A DNA stretch of 64,000 bases from Squalus acanthias (lineage: Eukaryota), in NCBI GenBank assembly GCA_030390025.1, contig CM059432.1, forward strand, positions 77,998,001 through 78,062,000, written 5' to 3'. Numbering within the stretch: the first letter of the stretch is position 1; each line of letters begins with the position of its first letter. Of the stretch, positions 10,856 through 22,897 are shown one piece after another. The position numbers and the translations under genes are program-made. The notes beneath the pieces are model-generated. The model saw only the letters and a program-made list of their open reading frames with translations. It was not told the DNA's origin and searched no databases.

Positions 10856-13800
10856 TCAAACTAGGAGACAAACATATAATGTAATTGACATAAAAATTAT
10901 TAAATGGTGCTAATCCGTTAATATCTTTTTTCTGACACGTTTCCACAGGTTCTTGAACCAGTAGTTAAGTTACCTGGCATAGAACAAAGAATTAAAATGT
11001 CCGTGGGTAGTGATTAACAGCTTTGTCGGGGGGTTAAAGACATGTGTCAGGCCTGAAAGTAGGTGCAGTACCAAGGATTCATTGTAGTCCCTTTCACAGG
11101 CATCTGTGGCCAGAGTTTATTTGGGTTAGCTGCACTTAGTCAGTTAATCCACAGGATCTGGGATAGTTGGACTCTATGGGTGCATTTCACCACATAAATG
11201 AATATCCATTTTCAGGGTTCATTTTTTATTATCGCTATTGAATAACTTGCTTGTAAAACCACATTTAGAATATTTATGCAGTTTAGAGCACCTTAGTTAC
11301 AAAAGCCCATTGATGCACGGCAGAGAGTGCAAAGACAAGCTTCTGGATTGATTCCAGGACTTGCAGCTCGAACTGAGCTGGTTTTCTTTGGTGAAAAGAT
11401 GATTGAGGGAGCATGGTACTCTTTTCAAAATGATAGTCATGGATTATGCACACATAAGTAGGTTATTTAACTTAGACTGGGACTGCAGAACTAGAGGACA
11501 GGAGTACAAAATTAGCAAGCTTGCAACAAGATTAGACATTTAAATTTCCCCTGCCCTTCATCCTCTCCAAGGCACCGATATGTGGTTCAGGCTTCTTCTC
11601 AAAAAAAGTTAACTCCTTTGAAAGAACTGGATTGTTATCATTTTGGCAATGACACAGATAATCAGTTCCTCTATGAAACATAATAGTGCATGTGCTGTTG
11701 AACCATGAATGACTTACTTGTAAAAATGTGGGTTATAAAGTTGGATTAATGGTCTGTAGTTTTGCATAATTACCCTCAGGGTGTAGAAGAAAATATTCAC
11801 ACAGTTTTCATCTTTCTGGAGGTTAACCTGTGATTGATTACCCAACTCCTTCAATCTCCTGAGAGAAGTAAAGTCTGCAATGAGGACAGTCTGTAGACTA
11901 CATGGGGTCAAAATGTTGATTGCCTTTTCTCATTATATAGTTTATGCACATAAAATGCTACATGGAATTATTTAAAATTCTTAGCATCTATTCGACTTTC
12001 AAACAATTGCATGGACACACAATTAATATTTTCCTAGCAGTAAACTGAAGAGCTCAAAAGTATAGACACTTTCCACCCTAAATCAAAGTTGGTTACTAAC
12101 AGAGCAAAAAGTAAATTTAAATATAACTGAAAAGCTTACACATGAAGTCAAAGGTACTGTAAATTGGTTCATGTCAAGTTTGATCCAGAGAAAAGCAAAT
12201 AGAAGTATCAGTTTCTCCAACTGTCCTCAGTGATGCCCACCAGAAACAATTCAAGCAAATAAGCAGTTTATTTGTCCATGCAAACTAATTGAGTTATAGG
12301 ATTTTATTATTATAGGTTCTGTAGTTTTACTGTTATGCTTCCTCCTCAGGGTCAGAGGAAGATCAACACCACAGAGAAGTTAAAATTCAAAAACACACGA
12401 GAAGAAATTCCTAAAGATTCTATGCACAACTCAACTTGGATATAGCAAAATAATTCAATTTGCATTTAAAATTCACCACCGATGCCAAATATTATACAAC
12501 AGTTAATATCAGAGATTAGTGGTAGAGTAAAAATAATTCAAATTTAAATCAAAAGAACATAACACAAGTCTTTGTGTGACTTATGTTAAAGAGAGATGAA
12601 GTGCCTTTAATCACAAAAAGCAAAAAGGCACACACTGAAAACAAACTTCTGTTGTTGTTTCAAATACCAGTAATTGTGGTAGGTAGCAAACCTTTTTTAA
12701 AGCCTACATTTTTCTCCCTCAAGTGCATTTATTCTTTGTGGGGGGGGGACAGTTCCAAGGCCTCCAATAACTCATCCAAGTGGCCATTCCTCATGTGCAA
12801 GATTTGACAGCAATGGGAAGAGGAGGAGGAAAGAATGAGGGATTCACAGCCAGGCTCAGTTCTATCCTCATCGAAAATCAGTACATCTACACTTCCAACA
12901 GGTATCACTAGATGGTGATCAGCAGCAGGAACCTCTTCTCCCCTCCCTAAAGCAGCAGCAGAGCTAATTGAAATGCCTCTAGTGTCACCCAGCTGAGATC
13001 AACTAACTCAAATAAGACCTGGAATAGGACTTTTCTGCATGGCTCAGCTGTGCACTGGATAAACTCATTGACCCAACTTCAAATGAATTTATACACAATG
13101 TGACCTAATGTTTATCAAACAATTCCTTATCAAAACCCTAGGTGATGCTGTAGATCAAAGCCACTTTAGATTACAAAACAAGTGAAAATGTCTGCCCAAG
13201 GAGTTTAAACTAGATTCATCACTCTTCTCTTTGGGGAAAAAAAAGTAGAGGGGAAAAGGCAGACAATTCTCCAAGAGTCAAACTGTAAGCATGGTTTGTA
13301 GTAATGAACTGAACTTGTAGATAAGGTTTGCAGCCACTCCTACATAAACTGTATTTTACAATATGTACTGTGGAGTTAGTGGGGAAGGGGGCTCCTTTTT
13401 TAAAATCTATTTTTAGTTCGACTTTTTTCTGTCAGCAACAAGGACCAAGTCAGACAAAATGGCCCAGTAGCTCATGCACTGAAATCCATAATGACATCCA
13501 CATTGAAAAAGATAATTGAGAGCCAAGTACTGGTGATTTAAATGAGTAATAATCGATAGTTGATTTTTTTTTTAAGTCTAAATCCCAAGGCTTTACTTGT
13601 TAACAGGTTTGAAAATTTGTGGTATTTGTGAAATCCCACAGTCTGCTACAAGTGAAAGAATATTGGACCACTGAAGTTCGATCAGCTCCACAGGCCCTTT
13701 TGAAAGAGTTGTAAAACCCGTTGTGGAAGTGAACATATTAATTAAACTCACAGAAGTAATGGACTTTTATCGTGGAATCAATCTCCAGTCTGCTCAACAA

Positions 13801-14374
13801 ATACTGTGACTAGCATTTTGCCTGCTTATGTAATACTATAAAATCTTTAGTAGATAGAAGGTTATTGGATTATGACAATCCTATTATTCAGAAGTGGAGG
13901 CATTGAAAGAATATTCTAGGATAAGGGCTACAATTCATTGGTTGTAAAGTGCTTTGAGACGTAAAGAGGATATAATAAGGCTCTACATAAATACAAGTTT
14001 TTTCTTTACAATTGCCTTAAACCTCGAGTACTTGTGCACAAAGGAATGACCAAATTCTGATAGCTTTTTGCACAAGTGGCACAACTCAAAGTCACATAAA
14101 TTAATGGAGGCAAGGTCATGCATGACAGACCTCTCTACAACTGAGACTCCCTGGGTATCTCACTTCTGGTCAGAATGTTTGATTTATACTGTATGTTTTT
14201 AGGACATCACAAATCTAAAGATATCAAATTGATCACCACAATCCCAAGGTCACAAGTAGGGCATAAAAGAAAACATTCACTTTTATATAAACAGAATTGT
14301 TGTACAGACCAAATTTTTGTTTGAGTGTCAAAACTACAACATTTCAAGTTCCAATTCCCTCTGGCACAACTCTT

Positions 14375-14494
14375 TAAATTACATTTCATACAGCTAACTC
14401 ATGCTAAATTACATTTTATACAGCTAGCTCATGCTAAATTACATTTCATACAGCTAGCTCATGCTAAATTACATTTCATACAGCTAACTCATGC
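14375..14494. repeat. Minisatellite, 4 x 30 bp (taaattacatttcatacagctarctcatgc)
   Basis: Four consecutive units with only two variable positions. Confidence 0.95.
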
Positions 14495-14849
14495 CATCAA
14501 GTTTTAAACACTTCTAATTTATAAAACACAGCTGATTATATTTATGTACCCCAGACCCTGTATATCAATTTGAAGAAATGTTAAGAGCAGCAGCTTCCTC
14601 ACCTAGCTAAACATTTGATTTCTGCCAATTAGCAGACTTCGACTTATGCAAGCAAATATGGATTTTTTTTTTAAAGCACAAATAGATTCCAATTAGTTTA
14701 AGAATGTAGAAATCCTAACAAGTATGAGAGGTTAACACATTAATCATGAAAGTTAATTAGGTGCCACCAGATCATGGGATTAACAATAAATTCATTCATA
14801 GATAGGCAATGTGTGAAAGCACTTTGGTGTATGTGCCTATTAAATACAT

Positions 14850-16495
14850 AAAGCATTATCAGGTCCTGCTCTCGTCTGCCAAAAATGCTCACTATTCCAG
14901 AATCATTCTGGAATGCAAAGATAAACCCCAGCTCCTATTCTCTACTGCTAACGGTCTTCTTAAACCCCTCTCCCCTGTCTCCTCCACCCTCACCTCAGAC
15001 AACAAGTGTGAGGAGCTCATGGACTTCTTTGTCTCTAAGATTGAGGCCATCCGTTCAACTGCCTCTGCCACTTCCCTTCCTTCCCATAGCCCACCGGGCC
15101 AAACTTCATCTAAGGTTCCCCCCTGGCCTAGCCCTGAACTCTCATCTTTCTCCAGTTTCTCTTCGATCTCCCCTCATGACCTCTCCGCGCTCATCTTGTC
15201 CATGAGATCCATTTCCTGCTCCCTCGATCCTATTCTCACCAAACTGCTGACCACCCAACTTCCTTTTCTGGCTCCCATGTTAGCTGACATTGTTAACAGT
15301 TCTCCCTCCTCAGGTACTGTCCCCCTCTCCCTCAAATCTGCCATCATCATCCCTCGCCTCAAAAAACTAAACCTTGACCCCTCGATCCTTGCAAATTACC
15401 GCCCCATCTCCAACCTCCCTTTCCTCTACGTGTTGTCGCCTCCCAAATCCGTGCCCATCTTTCCCGCAACTCCATGTTTGAATTCCTCCAATCAGGTTTC
15501 CGCCTTTGTCACAGTACCGAAACGGCTCTCGTCAAAGTCACAAATTACATCCTTTGTGACTGTGACAAAGATAAACTATCCCTTCTCGTCCTTTTTGACT
15601 TGTCTGCAGCCTTTGACACGGTTGACCACTCCATCCTTCTCCAACGCCTCTCCACCGTCGTCCAGCTGGGTGGGACTGCACTCGCCTGGTTCCATTCTTA
15701 TCTATCTAATCGTAGCCAGAGAAACACCTGCAACGGCTTCTCTTCCCGCTCCCGCATCATTACCTCTGGGTGTCCCCCAAGGATCTATCCTTGGCCCCTC
15801 CTATTTCTCATCTACATGTTACCCCTTGGCGACATCATCCGAAGACACAGCATCAGTTTCCACATGTATGTTGACGACACCCAGCTCTACCTCACTACCA
15901 CTTCTCTCCACTCCTCCTCGGTTTCTAAATTGTCAGACTGCTTGTCCGACATCCAGTTCTGGATGAGCAGAAATTTCCTCCAATTAAGAACATAAGAATA
16001 TAAGAAATAGGAGCAAGAGTAGGCCTTTTGGCCTTTCAAGCCAGCTCCGATTTCAAAATTCTCATCCTTGTTTTCAAATCCCTCCATGGCCTCGCCCCTC
16101 CCTATCTCTGTAATCTCCTTCAGCCCCACAATGCCACCACCCCCCCCCCCCCCCCCCCCCCCCCCCGCCGAGATATCTGCGCTCCTCTAATTCTGCCCTC
16201 TTGAGCATCCCTGATTATAATCGCTCAACCATTGGTGGCCGTGCCTTCTGTTGCCTAGGCCCTAAGCTCTGGAATTTCCTGCCTAAACCTCTCCGCCTCG
16301 CTACCTCTATTTCCTCCTTTAAGACACTCCTTAAAACTTGCCTCTTTGACCAAGCTTTTCGTCACCTGCCCTAATTTCTCCTTATGTGACTCGGTGTCAA
16401 ATTTTTTGTCTTTTAATACTTCTGTGAAGCGCCTTGGGATGTTTTACTACGTTAAAGGTGCTATATAAATACAAGTTGTTGTTGTTATTATTATT
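14850..16495 (+). mobile_element. L2-clade LINE, 5'-truncated and frameshifted
   Basis: SCSLDPI, NYRPISNLPFL, QSGFR..HSTETAL, DLSAAFDTVDH, GVPQGSILGP, YVDDTQLY; 3' end gctatataaatacaagttgttgttg shared with the SINE tails. Confidence 0.9.
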
Positions 16496-17006
16496 AAATG
16501 TAGGTAGCTATGAAGCAACTTTAAATAAGCTCTCGTGTACAATTAATGTGCCAAATGACATAGAAGGGAAAAGAAAAAAGGAAACAGAAGACTAAACAAC
16601 ATTGTGTACTAAATAGTCACACTTTCCTATCTGAAACCTGGACTCAAGCACAACCTTGTGGAATAATGGTGCATTAACACTACAGCTTTGATAAGTGCTT
16701 TTGCTTTGCATAGATACTGCAGTTATAGGGTAAATGCAGCCTGAATCCAGTGTCAGAGACTGACCAGTCACTTGCAGAGGGATTCTCATTCTGCTCTTCT
16801 TCAGAGAGTCAGTTCAACAAAGAAGCCAGAAGCATTTTGCATCTTCTCTAAACTTGTGGTATGAATACAACTTTGGACTCTCCTCAGTGAAACAAGTCTG
16901 CACACCCATTTTCAAACGAATAGAGCAAACTCCTGCAGTAATTAGGCAATCTTTGTCATTCAATGCATAATGATGCAGTGTGGAAAATGGAGCTGTTAAA
17001 CACATT

Positions 17007-17686
17007 GGCCCATATTTTCTGACCCCCACGGCTGCGTACGAGGTGTGTACGTGCCCATAGGGGCCACGCAAGTTCCGGGTTTAGGCATGCGAAGCGCACG
17101 CGCTGAAACCCGGAACTTGCGATGTCAATCTCTTGACAGATCCAACGCATGCCCAAGAAAAGTGCCTCGGTGGGTGGAAAGTTATGCTATTTGCTCAACC
17201 TCCGCCCGCTGAAAGGCCATGGAATTCTTACGTCTGGTAAAAGCAGGTGTACGGCCTGCTTTTACCAGCATAAGAGTTTAATAAAAATAGAAAAATAAGA
17301 TTTTCTCACTTATAATTTAAAAATCCTGTCCAATAAGGTAACTTTATATTAAGCCACGTTAAAACAATAAAAAAAAATTAAAAATTAAATTTTTGTTTAA
17401 CATATTTAAATAAATGCCATTTTAATTAATTTATATATGTAATGGTTTTTATTTATTTATTTCAGTGTGTTGGTGCATTTTTGTAGTCATCCCAATTCAT
17501 ACTTTTGACAGTTCCGTGCATTACGTGCGTGGCGCCCCTGGGATACGTGGGCCTCTGCGCATTTCCAAGAGGAGAGGACCAGGATCAGAAGCCTCCGTAT
17601 CTCCGGGACCAGCAGGTAGGTTCGTAGAATTTTTGCTGATCGGAGGCATCCGCCCACAGGAAGCCTCCAATCAGAAATTCAGGGCC
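17007..17686 (+). mobile_element. MITE family A, second copy
   Basis: TIRs ggcccatattttctga / tcagaaattcagggcc; flanks ATT / AAT; same hairpins as 524-1210 (gcaagttccgggttt...aaacccggaacttgc; ggtaaaagcagg..cctgcttttacc). Confidence 0.8.
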
Positions 17687-18484
17687 AATATAATGTGTCA
17701 TTTCAAGCCCTTCATTGGAAGAGTTGTGTTTTTCTCCACATCTAACTAAGTTAAACATAATTGTCGATACCAGGTTCCTAACGCAGAATCATTCCTCAAT
17801 CTGACAGCAAAGCCCCCCAAAAAAAAACTGCGAAATCTGGATTAGGATACACATTTTTTGTTGTATTCTAGCATATCTCCTGTGGCCTTGCTTAGAGCAA
17901 ATGAGTAAAGTCACTTTTCTAATGATAATATTGTTATACCATGTAACACACAGTGCATAAGAACATAAGAAATAGGAGCAGGTGTAGGCGATTTGGCCCT
18001 TCGAGCCTGCTCCGCCAATCAATAAGATCATGGCCGATCTTCTAACTCAACTCCACTTTCCTGCACTATCCCCATATCCCTTGGTTCCCTTAATATCCAC
18101 AAATCTATCGCTCTGTGTCTTGAATATACTCAACGACTGGGCCTCCACAGCCCTCCGGGGTAGAGAATTCCACAGGTTCACCACCCTCTGAGTGAAGAAA
18201 TTTCTCCTCATTTCAGTCCTAAATGGCCGACCCCTTATTCTGAGACTGTGACCCCTGGTTCTAGACTCCCCAGCCAGGGGAAACATCTTCCCTGCATCTA
18301 CCCTGTCAAGTCCTGTAAGAATTTTGTATGTTTCAATGAGATCACCTCTCATTCTTCTAAACTCTAGAGAATATAGGCCTAGTCTACTCAATCTCTCCTG
18401 GTTTATATCCCCTTGAAGCCTCTTTGCATCCTCCTCACAACTTACATTCCCACCCAGCTTTGTATCATCAGCAAACTTGGATAT

Positions 18485-19233
18485 CTTCCTTTTTCCTCAA
18501 CCGAGGATTCCCCTCTACCGTGGATGGCATGGCCCTCGACCGTGTCCATTCCATTTCCCGCACTTCTGCTCTCACCCCTTCTCCCTCCCAGAACCACGAT
18601 AGGGTTCCCCTTGTCCTCACCTTTCACCCCACCAGCCTCCGCATTCAACAGATCATCCTCCGCCATTTCCACCACCTCCAACGTGATCCCACCACCAAAC
18701 GCATCTTTCCCTCACCTCCACTTTCAGCATTCTGAAGGGACCGCTCCCTCCGCAACACCCTGGTCCACTCCTCAATCACCCCTCCCCACGGCACCTTCCC
18801 GTGCAAGGGCAGGAGATGAAACACCTGCCCTTTTACCTCCACCCTTCCCACTGTCCAGGGCCCCAAACACCCCCTTCCAGGTGAAACAGCTATTTACTTG
18901 TACTTCTTGCAATTTAGTATACTGTATTCGCTGCTCACGATTCAGTCTCCTCTACACTGGGGAGACCAAACGCAGATTGGGTGACCACTTTGCGGAACAC
19001 CTCTGTTCAGTCTGTAAGGGTGACCCCGAGCTTCCGGTCGATTGACACTTTAATTCTCGGCTCCACTCCCACACTGACCTCGGCCTCTTATAACTTTTCC
19101 CAGTTCTGACGAAGGGTCACAGACCTGAAACGTTAACTCTGTTTCTCTCTCCACGGATGCTGTCTGGCCTGCTGAGTGTTTCCAGCATTTTCTGTTGTTA
19201 TTTCAGATTTCCAGCATCCGCAGTATTTTGTTA
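18485..19233 (+). mobile_element. 5'-truncated Penelope-like element (GIY-YIG region plus terminal repeat)
   Basis: CTSCNLVYCIRCSR..LYTGETKRRLGDHFAEH; 8-bp TSD ttggatat (18477-18484, 19234-19241); homologous to 25740-26833. Confidence 0.9.
19102..19138 (+). ncRNA. Minimal type I hammerhead ribozyme motif
   Basis: AGTT-CTGACGA-A-GGGTC(aca)GACCT-GAAA-CG-TT-AACT: core boxes, stem I, stem II and palindromic AACGTT stem III. Confidence 0.75.
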
Positions 19234-20929
19234 TTGGATATATTACATTTGGTCCCCACATCCAAATCATTGATATAGATTTTGAATAGCTGAGGCCCAA
19301 GCACAGATCCTTGCGGTACCCCACTAGTTACAGCCTGCCAACCCGAAAATGACCTGTTTATTCCTACTCTCTGCTTTCTGTCCGTTAACCAATCCTCAAT
19401 CCATGCTAGTATATTACCCCCAATCCCATGAGCCCGAATTTTGTTTAATAACTTCTTGTGTGGCACCTTATCGAATGCCTTCTGAAAATCCAAGTACACT
19501 ACATCCAATGGTTCCCCCTTATCTATTCTGCTGGTTACAACCTCAAAAAACTCTAACAGATTCGTCAAACACAATTTCCCTTTCATAAATCCGTGTTGAC
19601 TCTGCCCAATCCTATTATTATTTTCTAAGTGCCCTGTTACCACGTCCTGGTACAGTGCTGGAGGAGCCTCAGCCTTTGCCCTTGTCCAACAGGTATGAGG
19701 TTCTTGCCGCCTGTGTGGATGAGGGAAAAGCCTGCAGGATGGATGAGCAAGCACCACATCATACAAGACTTATGGGGCTTTATACCCAAATAAAAAACTT
19801 TAGACTCATCAAAAAAAATTCTGAATTTTCAAAACTACTTCACAAAAGAAACACGTTTACAGCATTTTTTCCGACTGGAAAAAAATTACCTTTTTAAAGG
19901 AATACATTGCACCACAAAGTAAAAAAAAAATCAAAATTAAAGTAAAGACCCGACATAAAGCTTTCTCCCTCAAATAAACGTACACGGTTTCTGTAAATTT
20001 CAAGTGCCTCACAGATCAGCACATTTACCTGAATGTTCCATCCGAGAAAATTACAAACATGGTAAAATCTAGGCAAGGGTGATTCAAAAAAAAAATCAAA
20101 CTACTTTAATTTCTATCTAGTATGAAGTACAGCCACCAACCACCAACCCCAGTTGCTTTAATTGAAAATCACCAATTACTTGCCTAGGCCCCAACAGTAA
20201 TTTTTGTATTTTTCCCCATTCAGGCTTTCAAATTGATCTACGGTGTTACAAACAACTGGAGGAATCCAATGTTGGAGAGCTCCAATCTGTTTGTATATTG
20301 CTGCTACTGCAATTATTACCTGCTTCACACAAACAAAACAAACATTTTGTTCCACCAGTTACAAACACAAATAGCACTCACCCATCTACTGGAACAAAGA
20401 GCATTAAAAGTTTCATGGGAGATACAATTTTTGTCTATGTTTACTACAAGCCAGACAACTTATGACAGACACTGGGCACAGAGGCCTGAATAGTCACACA
20501 TGTACAAAGCCTGAAAGATATTGGAGGGAAGGCCCATGGGAAGAAAACAAAATTCTGGAAAAAGGAGCGAATCTCAAACCCCAGGCTGCTAAGATAGGAT
20601 AGACTCAGAGGACAGATTTATTGGACATTTTTAGGGGCAAGGTCATGCATTGTCCCAAAGAAAAAGAAACAGTTGGAGAAAATTGTTTGAGCATGTTGAT
20701 TGGCAAGTTTGTGGTGGTTGCTTGTTCCAGATTAGTAACAAAAAAACACATTGATTGCAGGTTGCTGATCGGTAGTGGTAGCTTTACCAACTGAACAAAT
20801 AGTGGTTATTTAACTTACTCATTAAAACGTGACAGATGATTCATGATGCCATAGACACCCTGAGGAGTGATGCACTGTAGGACAAATAGGGGTGAAGGAA
20901 AGAAGAATGGACAGGGTTAAAAGAAAGAA

Positions 20930-21115
20930 GAAAGACTTGCATTTATAGCACCTTTCACGACCACCAGACATCTCAAAGCGCTTTACAGTCAATCAAGTAC
21001 TATTTGAAATGTAGTCACTGTTGTAATGTAGGAAACGCGGCAGCCAATTTGCGCACAGCAAGCTCCCACAAACAGCAATGTGATAATGACCGGGTAATCT
21101 GTTTAATGATGTTGG
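20930..21115 (-). mobile_element. Deu-domain-type SINE, 3' portion
   Basis: Matches the reverse complement of 60270-60444. Confidence 0.85.
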
Positions 21116-22110
21116 TTACAAATCTTACAAAATGTTACAAATGTTACAAAACTATTTGTATTGATATTAAGTAATTCTTAAAGGACAGGGGTTTCTGTGA
21201 TTTAAAAACTGTAAGCCAAGACAATGAATGACGTTTGAGTACTGTGCTTTTCCTGTGTTCATGACTTTAAAAAAACTTCATACCCCACGAGAACAAATGG
21301 CAACCTTTTGTCTAGGTCAGTGGCCAGTCATCCCCTAAAATGAAGCATTTCCTGTCAAAACCCTTTAAGCTGACAAGTTTTGCAACATGTAATCACTTGA
21401 ACATGGTTGGGTACCTAGATGTACTGGCACCACATCAATAAGCATTTCAAAGGGCTCAAAAGTGTTCTCCCCCACCCAAAGAAAAAAGCAGTCAAATTCC
21501 TAAAACGGGAATTTGAAGTAAATAACATCCCCTCAGATAGCTGTTGATGTCAGATTACAAAAACAAACATTTGACTTTACCTTTTTTTTAGTTTAGTTAG
21601 AGAAAAGCTTAGTTGGAAAAAGACATTTCAGAATAACGACAAACTCTGACAAAGGGAACACTCAATCAGAGGCTACGGTTGAAAAGTTGTTAAGGGAAAG
21701 AGTGAGACCGAGAGAGCTTGCAATGTTCAGTCAATTCTGTAATATAGATCCTCGAGGTACAATAAATATACAGCAAATGTATAACTACATTCATGGGATA
21801 AACTTGGAGAGAAGACGACCAGGAACAACCGACAATCATGCAGGAAGCAGAAAATATTGCAAGGAGAGACAAAGCTGAATTGACACAGGAGAGGGACAAT
21901 TTTGACCCATTAGTATGACCTTTTCTTGAAGAAGGAAATTATATGCCTTTTTATTGATACCAAAGACATGGAGAGCACATATTTGCCATCAGTTGCTTGG
22001 TTATGCACAAGGACCTTGAAAGTCAGTTTTTATTGCTTATTTAAAAACCCGAGGTTTTCCGGTGCTTTTCAGATTTTATTTTTAGCATCAAAAACTGTGA
22101 AAAAATGAGA

Positions 22111-22585
22111 GAAAGAAGAAAGACTTGTATTTATATAGCACTTTTCACGACCACCGGACGTCCCAAAGCGCTTTACAGCCAATGAAGTACTTTTTGAAGT
22201 GTAGTCACTGTTGCAATTTAGGAAACGCGGCAGTCAATTTGTGCTCAGCAAGCTCCCACAAACAGCAATGTGATAATGACCAGATAATTTGTTTTTGTTA
22301 TGTTGATTGAGGGATAAGTATTGGCCAGGACACCGGGGATAACTCCCCTGCTCTTCTTCAAAATAGTGCCATGGGATCTTTTACGTTCACCTGAGGGGGC
22401 AGACGGAGCCTCGGTTTAACATCTCATCTGAAAGACAGCACCTCCAACAGTGAGTGCAGCACTCCCTCAGTACTGCACTGGCGTGACAGCCTAGATTTTT
22501 TGTGCTCAAGTCTCGGGAGTGGGACTTGAACCCACAACCTTCTGACTCAGAGGCGAGGGTGCTACCAACTGAGCCACTGGCTGTC
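22111..22585 (-). mobile_element. Full-length tRNA-derived SINE (SacSINE1/DeuSINE-like) with L2-like tail
   Basis: Minus strand: A box tggctcagttgg, B box ggttcaagtccc, central gtaaaagatcccatggcactattt, tail gctatataaatacaagtctttc. Confidence 0.88.
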
Positions 22586-22853
22586 ACTAGAGCCCCAAAA
22601 CGGTAAATTTAAACAAAGTCAGTAAAAATCAGTTTTCTATTTTGAACATTACTAAAATGCAGTAAAAAATATAAGTACAGTATGCTCCAATATAATATCA
22701 GTTTCCATGACCAACAAGCTATTGTAGCAGTAAAGTACATTTATAGTATGTGATTGGATCGTGCACTGAAAAGTGTTGACTACTAAATGTATGTTTAGTT
22801 AGCACATCACCACCATAATATCGTGAAGCACAAATGTTTTAAAAATCTGACAG

Positions 22854-22897
22854 AAATATGAAATAGTTGATGCTAAAATATGAAATAGTTGATGCTA
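22854..22897. repeat. Tandem duplication, 2 x 22 bp
   Basis: aaatatgaaatagttgatgcta twice. Confidence 0.9.

Larger units (their letters stand above)
17956..19648 (-). mobile_element. CR1 LINE ORF2 fragments plus 3' tail, interrupted by a Penelope-like insert
   Basis: ORFs 18047-18391 and 19203-19766 with CR1 RT and C-terminal motifs; (cataagaa) tail at 17956. Confidence 0.9.

Noticed and set aside
14375..14494. CRISPR-like array
   Set aside because: Contiguous 30-bp units without spacers, in eukaryotic DNA
16136..16166. Long poly-C run (also poly-G ~56171, poly-C ~63258) as a G-quadruplex element
   Set aside because: Simple homopolymers, the first inside a LINE; lengths are unreliable and there is no supporting context
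21641..21665. Hammerhead-like ctgacaaaggg
   Set aside because: No stem II partner or GAAA box at the right spacing
22520..22585. tRNA gene (also 43360-43430, 60005-60055)
   Set aside because: The A/B boxes belong to SINE heads; no complete cloverleaf, and the sequence continues into the SINE body
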